Source: Octopus vulgaris (lineage: Eukaryota). From it: a stretch of DNA of 64,000 nt. Below the pieces are notes generated by a model. It saw nothing but the letters and a program-made list of their open reading frames with translations, was not told the origin of the DNA and made no database searches. The first letter of the stretch is position 1. The number at the start of each line of letters is the position of its first letter. Of the stretch, positions 52,648 through 64,000 are shown piece after piece. A program made the translations under genes and the position numbers. The stretch is taken from NCBI GenBank assembly GCA_951406725.2, contig OX597820.1:104222001-104286000 (forward strand), in the 5' to 3' direction.

Positions 52648-53255
52648 CGTTCTTTATGTTGTTTGTCTTGTTTTCCATTATTGTCTTTTGTTGTTCGAAA
52701 AAATAGTTCACGTTCCATGTACTTGCACTTCATATTGTTTTGTTGTATGCCTTTCGTGACATCCTGTGCCCACATATGCATATATACATATATATATATA
52801 TATATGCATAGGTGTATGTACATATATGTATGTATATGTATGCATCCTCTTCCAAGTAAGTTCTGTCTTAATAATGTTGATGCGCACTCTATACGATTTT
52901 TCTCTTTCGTTTTTCTTTCTTTGTCTCTCTTATTCTTTTACATCCTCTTCTCCCTCTATTCTATGCTATTACTCTGTCACTCTCTCTTCCTCACTTCTCC
53001 CTTGCTCATGTGGCTCCCAGGTGACCATCGGCCATCTTTCTTCTCCTAACTTTCTTTCTTTCTCTCCGTTGTAGCTGGAACAAAGAAGACATATTCTTGT
53101 TTTTCTCCTGTCTAAGCTTGATTTACGTGTTCACCACCACAACACACGTTTAGGTTTAGCAGTCCTTCCAGCTTGTTTCCACTGTCCTGTTTGTGTTACC
53201 AATTTTGACCCTTCTCAAAACCCCAAATTTTATTTAATTTGCTTTGCAGGAGCAA

Positions 53256-53334
53256 CTGTTTTATTGAACGCGTATACTGTTGTTAAATGCTCGAAATATG
53301 AGAAAAGAAAAACAGTCAACAACTGATGAAGGGT
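53256..53334 (+). ncRNA. Putative permuted hammerhead ribozyme, copy 2
   Basis: cgta-TA-ctgttg ... gctc-GAAA-tatg ... caacaa-CTGATGA-a-gggt; one C-A mismatch in stem I and one G-U in stem III. Confidence 0.6.
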
Positions 53335-53428
53335 CATTATTTATGTTGTTTGTCTTGTTTTCCATTTGTGTCTATCGATGTTCGAAAAAATAGTTCATAT
53401 TCCACAGCTCGTGAGCTGAAAGTAGATA

Positions 53429-53493
<65 letters not shown>

Positions 53494-53496
<3 letters not shown>

Positions 53497-53600
53497 TATT
53501 TAAAAGCAGCAGAAATTCAACAAAACCTGTTACTCGGAGTTTCACATACTCATATTTTAAGTAACAGGTTTTGTTGAATTTCTGCTGCTTTTAAATAAAG
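53494..53600. repeat. Perfect 41-bp inverted repeat, likely inverted PLE pseudo-LTR
   Basis: 53494-53534 is the exact reverse complement of 53560-53600; the minus strand of the left arm contains GAAActccgagTA, a hammerhead 3' half. Confidence 0.9.
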
Positions 53601-53705
53601 CATATTAGTCTACTCCTGGTATTTGAGTACTCTTTTTTCCACCTTGTTTCACATTTATGTGTTTACTCCAGTACATATATATACATACATACATACATAT
53701 ATATG

Positions 53706-53754
<49 letters not shown>

Positions 53755-55501
53755 GGGGGTGATGCACAATGATGTGTTTTTACTGTGTTTTTGACTTTGA
53801 GACAAAATTATTTTTTACCTTACGGAAACTATATCAGCTTAACAAATGGCTTTCCCTGAATGTATTAAAAGCATTATCACAATCTGATCACAATTTCAGA
53901 AAATTGTCGCCGTCCTCTTAGAGCATAAAAAAAGAAAAAATTGGCTATGGCAAAACAAGTAATACAAAATAATGTAAATTTGCCGCTTCATTTCTCCAGA
54001 AAACACACTCATAAACATCAATATCCATTCCTAGACATATATATTGGGTGGGAGATAAAATCATTAACTGGGGTATAATGAATCATTTCTGATTTCTCGT
54101 TATTTTCTCCCTACCTGTTTGAAACCATTACATTGCAAGTATTGAGTCATCATTTTGTACTGTTGCATCATCTTTAGGAATAAAAATTGGTCAGCATAGT
54201 TGTTGTTGCAGTTGAGAGAGTGTAAAGTATAGTCAGGTGGCTGGTACTTTTATTTTCAAGAAATTTTTTCTTCAACTTTGACTCAATTTTAATTAAGGCT
54301 GCTAATAAAATTTCGGGATAATTTTTGCTGCTTAACAATCAATATTATTTTCTCTGTTGGATTCCAAATCAATTTTCCCCCACACTATTGTCTGATTTGA
54401 TCATTTTCAAGTTTCTAAAAGCGATATTCTAAAATGGGGTAAAATCAGTAACGACTAATGTCAATAACTTTTCTTTTTAACAACATGATGCGTAAATATA
54501 TCGGGAAGGGAGCCATTCTAAGAGAATACCTTTTGTTGAGTTTTTTTCTTTTTATTTAGTTGAGTTTCGTTAATTTCACATCATGTGACATTCTTCCATG
54601 ATCCTCTTTCATTTGACCTGGATATTTTAAAAGTTTTTCTGCATTTCTAATCCTTCTGATGTCTAAGGATAGATATTGATATGTACAAGTCTGTTTACAA
54701 ATGTAGTTCTAGAGAAATAAAGAGGCAATTTTTACCTTATCTTTGTTGAGTTATTTTGCCCTATCTAAATTTGTCTTTCATATTCACATACAGAACGGTG
54801 ATAATTTTCTGAAATAGTGTTCAGATTATGTTATAATGTGGATCTTTACCTTTTGACCGACAGATTTAAAAAACGAATTTTTTGTAACTAAACACTTTCA
54901 AAGTTCTGGCACTGGTAGAATGTGTCATATAAAACATCTTTTACTCTTAGTGTTTTTGAGAAAAACTTATATTTACGGAGTCATTTTACGTTAAAGTTGT
55001 CGTATTTCGGTAATTTCAACCAATCAATGACGTGTATTCAGCCTAATAAAATTACTGCCGTTGTTTGTCAACAACAACTATCGGCGGTGTATTTTTCGTT
55101 TGTCACTGTTATTTATGGCATCGTTCGTGCATTTGTACTGGTTTTAGCTTTAAGGTTTTAGGGTTAGGGTTGTCATAAATAACAGTGACAAACGAAATAT
55201 ACACTGCCAGTAGTTCTTGTTGACAAGCAACAGCAGTAATTTTATTCAGCTGAATACACGTCATTGATCGGTTGAAATTACCGAAATACGCCAACTTTAA
55301 CGTGAAATAACTTCGTAAATATAAGCTTTTCTCAAAAACGCTAAGAGTAAAAGATGCTTATATGACACATTCTACCAGTGTCCGAAGTCTGAAAGTGCTT
55401 AGTTACAAAAAATTATTTTTGAAATCTGTCGGTCAAAAGGTAAAGATCCATATATTTTTCTCAGAGTCAAAAATGCAATAAAAACTCCTTATCGTGCACT
55501 C
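53755..55501. mobile_element. Old TIR DNA element hosting a foldback insertion in its right arm
   Basis: gatgcacaatgatgtgtttttactgtgtttttgactttgaga versus tctcagagtcaaaaatgcaataaaaactccttatcgtgcac; also aatttcagaaaattgtcgccgt versus acggtgataattttctgaaat. Confidence 0.65.
54840..55449. mobile_element. Foldback element, ~280-bp arms, GGATCTTT termini, TTAGGG repeats in the loop
   Basis: 54840-55120 is an imperfect reverse complement of 55171-55449; the loop ends ttttagggttagggt. Confidence 0.93.
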
Positions 55502-55838
55502 TATATATATAAGTGGATTTGATACATGCGCACGCGCACACACACACTTCTTTCAGTTTCCGTCTCACAAATCAACTCACAAGGCTTTAGTCGGCCCGAA
55601 AGTATTGGAGAAGACACTTAGCCAAGATGTCATGCAGGGAAACTGTACTGAACTCGGAATCAAATTTCTTAACCTCACAGTCACGCCTGTGCTATATACA
55701 TACATACATGCATACATACATACATACATACATATATACATACATACATACATACATACATACACACACGAACGTATATATATATATATATATATATATA
55801 CGGGAAGGTTTACGAAAATATATGTATATATATATATG

Positions 55839-55914
<76 letters not shown>

Positions 55915-55995
55915 GTATATGTATGTATATATATATGTATGTATATATATATATGTATGTATGTATATATATGTATGTATGTATATATATATGTA

Positions 55996-56824
55996 TGATC
56001 CACTTTGGAAGGGAGGACGCTCTGAAACTCCCATACTCTCTACCTTCTGGAGAAATTCTCATGGCATCCAACAACATCAGAGACTTGGGAGTAACAGTGG
56101 ACAACAACATAAGCTGGGCTACACATATAAGCAGCAAAGTTGACATGAATGTGTTCCTGGATTCTCAGAACCTTCCAGTCGAAAGATTCCCACGCTATTA
56201 TCCTTCTCTTCTCCACTTTTGCCCGACCCCACCTTGAATACTGCTGTCCACTGTGGTCTCCCTACACAAAACAAAATATTATGAGAATTGAAGCTCCCCA
56301 AAGGTCAATCACAAAAAAGATAGATGGCATGTCAGACCTTGACTACTGGGGTAGACTAGAGAAGCTGAAATTGTATTCACTCCAACGACGCCGTGAACGC
56401 TACATTATCTGTATGATGTGGAAAATATTCCATCAGCACTGTCCGAATGATGTTGGCATCACCTTCAAAATACATCCAAGGCTTGGACCACGTGCCATCC
56501 GTCCACAACAAAAATCTAAATCGCATCACATAACGACAATACGGCACAACTATTTCACCTCAATTGGACCCGCTCTCTTCAACATTACACCAGGACACGT
56601 CAAAAAAGAAACTGACTACACAAAATTCAAGAAGTCTTTGGACAAATTCCTTCAAACTGTACCGGACAAACCACCCACACCCGGATATGTCTCCGCAAAC
56701 AATAACTCTCTGCTCGAATGGGCCTTGGTGCCCAAATCCTGAACTGAAAGACTTCGCCAGGTGGTGCTATTAAGTTAGACATGGCCTGGGCCAATACTGG
56801 CCAAAACCTTTCTAAGTTAAGTTA
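55996..56824 (+). mobile_element. 5'-truncated CR1-group LINE (RT C-terminus and tail) in TA-rich microsatellite
   Basis: [57 protein letters not shown]; one frameshift near 56145; (TAAGT)n-like tail. Confidence 0.92.
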
Positions 56825-57054
56825 TTATGTATGTATATATATATATGTATGTATATATATATATATATATGTATATATATGTATACATATATATGTATAT
56901 ATATATATGTATGTATATATATATGTATATATATGTATGTATATATATATATGTGTATATATATATATATGTATGTATATATATGTATATGTATATATAT
57001 ATATGTATTTATATATATATATTTATATATCTATATATATATATATTATATATT

Positions 57055-57116
<62 letters not shown>

Positions 57117-57552
57117 TGAGAAGAGAGACAGAGACAGAGTTTACTTTAATTTCTCTAAAATAAAAGTCACTTCAATAATTAAAAAAAAGAAGATGGGGAT
57201 GAAACTCGTGATTGAGAGACAGAGAATGTAAAAGCGTCAAGATTCAGAGATAGAAAAAAAAAATGAATAAATAAAAAAGCGCATAAATGTCACAACATCC
57301 TATTCTCTTTGGTTTAGAATTACGTACTTCAGCCTAATCAAAGACAAAAGGTCCTGTTTCATCCTTCTACATGAAGTAATTTGAAAATCACGTGCTTATA
57401 AAACGCTAAACTGAGAAGATTATTAAATGTTTCCTGTTTTAGTTCCAATGACATTTAAGATGCTTTTTAAAGTAATGTATCACCTCGCCCAATTTTTGCT
57501 TTTGCTACGTCCCACTTCGATTTAAAAAGGAATCATGTGCCCATGAACGGAT

Positions 57553-57583
<31 letters not shown>

Positions 57584-57663
57584 GCATGCATAGAAGAAAC
57601 CCGAAGGAACAGTTACAATGTAGCTAAAAGTTCTTTAAGTGTCCCAGGAAATAATCCCGGAAT

Positions 57664-57871
57664 CTATCTTTCTATCCGCTCAGTCGAAGTCGACTCTCTG
57701 TTACTCGTTGGATCAGAGTCCTCAAGTCAGTTCTATCCTGGACCGCTTCTTTCAGATTGGCTATGTCCATTCCGGTATCACTCTTGATGGTGTCAAGCCA
57801 GCGGGTTCTTGGTCGGCCTCTTCCTCTCTTGCCAGTGACCATTCCGAGCATGATGTCCTTCTTCAGGATTT
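57664..57871 (-). mobile_element. Short 5'-truncated RTE LINE with 9-bp TSD
   Basis: KDIMLGMVTGKRGRGRPRTRWLDTI...VQDR; tcccggaat duplicated at 57655 and 57872. Confidence 0.88.
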
Positions 57872-58168
57872 TCCCGGAATAGTAAGACTTATTTGGTAGA
57901 AAATATTAAACTATAGAAAGGAGACGAACGCTCGAGATGTTGTTAATCCATTTATATCACGAAGTCCTCAACAGTGCGCCAATCCCCTCAGGAGGTTTAT
58001 GATAACAAACTCATAAAAAAAAATGTTAACTGAAAAAGAAAGTCCTACAAAACGAAACGTACTTATATAATTATATGGACACAAGCGTTCACACTCAAAC
58101 ATGTGACTCGTAAATATAAACATTATATTCATACAAAAACACAAACGTATACAAAAACACAAATATAT

Positions 58169-58266
<98 letters not shown>

Positions 58267-58895
58267 CACACATACATACATATTCTGAGATATACTCACA
58301 TACATATGCCTATATATCTCTACAAATATACTTGTACATATTCATGAGGTAACGAATCAAACCTTTTCTAAATTATACGCTAACGTTTACATACTAATAA
58401 TCATAAACAAACTATCATTGATATTTACAAGAGCATACGCATCCCAAAACATCAGTAGACCCCCCAATACATAATTGTATACGCATACACACATTTACTT
58501 AAGCATACAAAGATTACGTTCATTCACAAAATATTTACATTCGAATAAAGGACGCTTGGAATTTAAAATGTCGTCGGAAGAAGCTAGATATTGTGAGAGA
58601 ACCAACTGAAGTATAGAAAGATAGGGAGGGGGAAAGAAAGGAAGGAAAAGCCAGAAGAAAAAGAAAAGGAAATGAAAGAAACTTTGGATAAACTATTATT
58701 AGGTAATGGGAAGAAATTGTTTGAAAGAACTAAAAAAGTGCTATACTTAAGTATGTTTTGCAGGACTTTAAACGATCTCGACTTATAAATATAAACAGAT
58801 GTCCATACACATATAGAAGAGCACATGCCCCCCAAGACATTGACAGGCATTAGCACACTACAATAAACCCATACTCACACTTATAAGTATATAGA

Positions 58896-59671
58896 TGTTG
58901 TGGATCTTGCATGCATGAAGCGGATTCGATCCACCATAGCCAAATTTGAATTAACACTGCAACAGAACTTTTCCCACGATGGAACAATGGTTTTTCTGTG
59001 ACAGCAGTTTTACATTTTCCAGATGCCTTTAGCTGGGCCGAAATAATGTCTTCACCACTTGACCCTTTCTAACCTCTTCTACTTCACCAAAAGCGAGAAT
59101 AGAAATAACAAGACCACCAACTAAATCTATTTTTCTCAGTGATATGTCTAGCCTTCTGGATAGTTATAAAAGCAAGAACACCCCAAACAAAAGTCAGTCG
59201 GTGACGACTCAACGAGTTCAGTCACACTGTGACGACTCAACGAGTTCAGTCACATGGTGACGACTCAACGAGTTCAGTCACATGGTGACGACACAATGAG
59301 AACGAAGTCTGGGTGACCCGCTAGAACCTTGGTCAGAGGGAGAAATGAAGTTTATTGTCAGCAACTGAGAGACAACACCCTACAACTCTCACTAGCTCTA
59401 ATTCTGTTCTCTTACAACATCATTCTATCTCTCTCTAAACAATGAAGAAGATACAAACAAACTTTACTTCGCATGCTTTTGGATTTATCATAACCTACCC
59501 GTCGAGGCAAAGTATTGTAGCGTAACAGTAAATAAATATTTCCTTAAGGCTTCATGTATTGTTCAAATTTCACATCCTACAATATGCCATTATAGCAACA
59601 AATTCTTATCGATACAACTGCTGACTCCGACACATCATAATATTGTTTACTAATCAATTTCTCCCGCTACA
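58896..59671 (+). mobile_element. 5' LTR of an LTR retrotransposon
   Basis: TG...CA ends (ccgctaca is complementary to the tgtagcg start of the 6065 copy), TATAAAAG at about 59165, AATAAA at about 59531, PBS immediately downstream. Confidence 0.8.
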
Positions 59672-59673
59672 AG

Positions 59674-59685
59674 TGGTGACCCCGA
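59674..59685 (+). promoter_or_regulatory. Primer-binding site complementary to the tRNA-Trp 3' end
   Basis: TGGTGACCCCGA two bases after the LTR-terminal CA. Confidence 0.8.
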
Positions 59686-59997
59686 ACAAGTGCATTGCAG
59701 CCTTCCCAAGAACTAATCGTTACACATACAATATTGTGCACACAAGGGGGAGTAAAGGTTAAGGGGAGTAAGATTGAAGAATACGGCAAAGAAGTTTACA
59801 TTAAATATTAATAGGTTTCGGGTGAGTATACCAATAGTAGGAAGGACTATCATAATTTTTTTATTAAAGCGAGACTCATATTTGACAGCTAGAGAACTAG
59901 CGGCCTCGTATAAAAGTATAGCATTCTTAGGATAAAAGGTTTCTATTTCGAATCTTGTCTGATGCAATGTGTATATACAGAAATAAAACATATAATA

Positions 59998-60822
59998 TAA
60001 TGGTCGACTTAAAAGTTCACATCTAACCAAAACATTCTCATGGAATGTGACCAAATGAAGTTTATTTTTCAACACAGTCCTCCTTACCGTCTGTGCGTGG
60101 CTTCTAGCGGCATTCAAGTGCTTGGTCCCATTGGTGAAGAAGCTTTCATCCTGTTGGTCAAAAAAGTCATCCCACAAAACTGGCTCAAAGTGATGAAACC
60201 AACACTCTTCCTGGGTTTTCCTGAGCCAGGATGAGTGTTGGCTTCGTCTCTTTGGACCAGAGAAACCAGCTGGATCTGTCTCAGACAATGTCAGATTTTC
60301 GCGTGATGTGATTAACCTGGTGCGCTTTTGATCAGGTGTCAGATGTGTCACAAGTTCATTGTACACAATATTTACAACTCTCTCACTGAATATGCTCATA
60401 GCATTGGCTATATGATTTATAATCAATCGCCTGTCATCCATCAGCATGTGATGAACCCGGTCAATGTTTTCCTTGACGGTGGCAGTTGTCTTCCCTTCCC
60501 CTTTTAAAGTCAGTTACCTAAACTTGCTCGGTTGACAAAGCTGATGCCTCATCTCCTAATGATGCAACGATGTTAGCGTGAATATCGTTGAAAACTAAAC
60601 TCTTTTTCTGCAGGTACTTGATAACACGACGATGCCAAATTCTGTCGATTTTCAAAAGAAGTCGCTACTAGTTACTTCTGAAGTTCTCTTTGAACTGTCA
60701 GATATCAGTTCATGTGGAAAGAAACAAAACAGTTATTAATAAGAAGTGTTGAAATTAATACATGCAAGAGTTCACACCTCTAGTAGTCATAGTCAGCCTA
60801 TGAACTTTTTGGTCCACCCTCA
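59998..60822 (-). mobile_element. Internally deleted mariner (SETMAR/Hsmar-like) transposon
   Basis: DDRRLIINHIA..SERV.NI..NEL, HLTPDQKRTRL, QDESFFTNG motifs; degenerate TIRs taatggtcgacttaaaagttca / tgaactttttggtccaccctca flanked by TA. Confidence 0.9.
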
Positions 60823-61099
60823 TATGCATATCTACATGAAATGTTTTAAAAACTTTTGCTGATATCAATTTCTAAAAATGCATTCTATTTTTTAAACTTA
60901 TGCGTTTTATTCTTAAAACTAGTGACATGTAAATTTTCTAAAAATATGTTTTTATCACTAACGATAAGATTGATTGCAATTTATGAATAACAAACACAAT
61001 AACAGAAGACAAAAGAGAGATTATTCCTCTGTTTCCTTTCCAGGTATTTGAGAAGAGTCATCTTTAATGATAATTACTGGGTCGTAGTACGCTATTTAA

Positions 61100-61276
61100 T
61101 AAATATAAAGACCTGCTAATAGAAATTGAAAAACTGTGGCATTTCAAGGGCTTCGTATATTTTACCCCAGTGTCACTTTGATGGCATGCACTGCTCTCTC
61201 ACTCAATAATAATAATAGCAATAATAATAATAACAATAATAACAACAACAACAACAGCAATAACAACAACAACAAC

Positions 61277-61314
<38 letters not shown>

Positions 61315-61325
61315 CAACAACAACA
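61100..61325 (+). mobile_element. R4/Dong-like LINE 3' remnant abutting (AAT/AAC)n
   Basis: KYKDLLIEIEKLWH RLE motif followed by a short 3' region and a ~120-bp AAT/AAC tract. Confidence 0.6.
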
Positions 61326-61372
61326 TCGAAAAATACCTTAGGAATAAGAACCCAGGTTCAAAACTTACCCAA

Positions 61373-61419
61373 GACACTTGATGGCAGGCTGGAGGGTATA
61401 TCAACCGAAACGTTGTGTT
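61373..61419 (+). ncRNA. Decayed minimal hammerhead motif in a PLE-like pseudo-LTR
   Basis: gacac TTGATGG ca ggctg..caacc GAAA cg TT gtgtt; stems recognisable, core mutated. Confidence 0.55.
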
Positions 61420-61484
61420 AACAACAAATAAGAGGACAAATATCCGTCAATTGTAAATAATATAAATAATATATATATATATAT

Positions 61485-62584
61485 TGTTGCGCCGCGCGCT
61501 CACTCAGGACCCAAGGCCCTAGGCCTTCCGATTCCACCGCGGGCCCTAAGTCGCGACGATGACGACGCTCAGTCAAACGGAAGTTCACCACAGAAAGCGG
61601 AAGATAGGCAGTGAACGCACGCAAGCCAAAACAACAACAACAACAAAAGATATAGAGAGAGAGACAGCGGGAGTTGCGCAGTTTAACAAATTTTAACTTC
61701 ACAAAATCAAAATAAAAGCATTTAACTCCAAAGGTTAACAAACATTTGACAGAGTTAAAAAAAAAACAATCAATGGCATTTAAACATAACACAATTCGAA
61801 TAACAATCAAATACATTTAAACATAGTACAACTGTTCGATTTTTCTAAACAAATCAATTAATATGTAACACAATACAGAATCCGACAACAATCAGTTAAC
61901 GTTCAGAGTTCGATCCTTCAAAACAAATAGTCTTTCTTTTTCTTTTAAAAACACAGCTTACAGTTCTTTTCTCTTTCTTTTCTCTTCCTTCTAACACAAT
62001 GTTCTTTTTCTTCTAACACAGAGAGTTCGTTCTCAAAGATTTCTTTTCTCTCTCTTCTTCTAGCACATTTTACAGTTCTTTTTCTCTTTCTAAACATCAG
62101 AATTCAAAATACAAATCAAAACATTACCGGCACGTTCCTCGTCCGCAACACTCATCACAACTCCTACTACAAATTGTCATCTCTGTCACTGACCGTCTTT
62201 CGTCCCCGTCATCTCCAACTACACCTGTCTGTCTCTGGCCGTCATCATCTCTAACTCACTGCCTGTCTTCCCCGCTTTGCCGTTGCCTCTCGCCATCTCC
62301 ACCATCTCCCTTGTCCGCTCCGCTCACACCTCTGGCTAGCTGTCCCACATCGACTGACTGTCTCTTCCCAACTGAACTGCTTTTTTAAAGGGTGGCATTT
62401 TAATTTTTTTATCATCTCTCCGTGACCGTGTTGGGATCAAATATCACTTCATAAGCTCATTAGTTACCGTGGTAGTTGACAAGACAAAGAAGATTCTATC
62501 GTCCTGAACAACTGGAGCGCCGGTTCAACTCCAACCAACGGAACAAGGGGCACAATGTTTTTCTGTTTATTCACCTCCGTAACA
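61485..62584. mobile_element. 1.1-kb TG...CA element (solo LTR or Ginger-like) with ATAT TSD
   Basis: atat|TGTTGCG ... CGTAACA|atat; CpG-rich relative to its flanks; non-coding. Confidence 0.7.
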
Positions 62585-64000
62585 ATATATAAATAATAAT
62601 AATAATAATAATAATAATAATTGACCAAATCGACCCCTTTACTTACTTTAAGCTTGCCACTTACTCTAACAATCTCTATTGAAAAATCGCTGTTACGGCT
62701 ACGTAAACAAACCAACACCGGTTGTCAAGCGGTGGTGGGGGATAAACTCGAAGACTCATACCACACACACATATATACGACAGACTTCTTTCCAGATGGT
62801 GGGTCAACAGTGATGATCTGTCATTACCCGTCTATTCCTGATTTCTATCTCAATTTCTCCCACTTGTTCCGGAGCGAATAAGGTGTGTTTTTTCTATAAC
62901 ATTTTTTTTGCCCTACTGCCTTTTCCAGAATTATAAGCATCTTCCATACAAATTACGCCGGAAGACCCGGCGATTAACCTGAAATGGAGATAGACGAACC
63001 TGCAACTTTTTATCCCCACATCATTCGATAAAACCCTGGAATTTAGTAGCTTCCTCTTTAAAGACTCCTTACATTCGTCAGTTCAGTCCGAATCATTACC
63101 CTTACCTCATCAGGCAACATGTCTAACTTCTCTTAGGTTCGGACAAATTACGGAAAGTTAAGCTTCCTTTTTAGTTCCGACTTCATCTATGATAGAGTCG
63201 CATACAAGTGGCTCTTTTAAATCTTTTTGGATGATATTGACTTCCTCTCCTTGATGAAGTGAACAACTCAGGTTAATCTCACGTGTGCTACCCATTGCCC
63301 TTGTCTTACCTGCTTTAAAAGCCTTGTCACGATGCCTTCTATATCTTCCCAAGCTAAGTGCAGTCTTGTGTGCCAACGTACATTTCCCCCCACATAATCT
63401 GCCCAGTGGTTTTTCTCTCATTCACCATCTTTGCAAGTTCGTTGGTTTTGGGGGAGTATTGAACACTAGTCAGACCAAAAATGAGATGCAAGTAGGGTTT
63501 TGTCCCCAAAGTTGGGCCATGTGATCTATCACTTTTTAAGATCCAACTTTGCCCAGGCACCTGAAGAGCCAAATTCTACACTCCTAGGCCTTCACCCTTC
63601 CTTTTCCAGTTCTGACCTCAGCACTTCTCTGTCTTTGATTTACTTTTATCCCATTCACGAGTTCCGGATGATGATGTCCTTCAAACTTAGTCTGCTTTCT
63701 ACCTTTGTCACTGCTTTCTCACCACACTGATCTTGTGGTTATGCGTGTTATGCCTGCATCTCTGAACTTTCCATCGCTGGAGTCTCTATACGTCATTATA
63801 ACCCTTCACTTTACTGACTTGAACACTTCGGCCACTGAAGAGAGAAGTAGCTGGAACAACACAAACCTGATGTACAGCCCTAATGACGTTAAACTTAGTG
63901 CATTTTAAAGCCATCTGCAAAGTATTTACTCACCTCTCGACAGCAAGCTACTGATGAAAGAACCAGGCCTTGTACTTACATAGTAAGTCTTTCTTTTCCA

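Noticed and set aside
59201-59300. CRISPR-like array of 28-bp palindromic repeats
   Set aside because: Units are contiguous with no unique spacers, lie inside an LTR, and there are no cas genes in this eukaryotic context.
59713-60447. 244-aa ORF as an intact gene
   Set aside because: Chance read-through of a deleted, frameshifted mariner transposase into flanking DNA; no intact DDD domain.
61162-61404. Poly-Leu / poly-Asn ORFs
   Set aside because: Translations of the (AAT/AAC)n microsatellite.

Overview
AT-rich eukaryotic DNA dense in (TA)n/(TATG)n/(CA)n microsatellites and tRNA-derived SINEs. The repeat families look like octopus (coleoid cephalopod) repeats, but the species is my inference. 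I find one credible protein-coding gene: a minus-strand TMEM53/DUF829-like alpha/beta-hydrolase-fold gene. It has a predicted 54-nt first coding exon (44359-44306), an 18.5-kb phase-0 intron and an 891-nt terminal exon (25771-24881). The rest is decayed or non-autonomous mobile DNA: hAT/Buster, mariner, Helitrons, MITEs/foldbacks, R4/Dong-like, RTE and CR1-group LINEs, Penelope-like (PLE) fragments, and LTRs, one with a tRNA-Trp primer-binding site. Most ORF-track entries are microsatellite translations. The most interesting signal is a repeat present three times (52569, 53256, 10042). It contains all hammerhead-ribozyme core elements, but in a non-circularly permuted, pseudoknotted strand order, with compensatory changes between subfamilies. 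Several canonical or decayed minimal PLE-type hammerheads are also present, along with near-perfect inverted duplications inside the TMEM53-like intron. Repeat coordinates were read by eye and may be off by a few bases.
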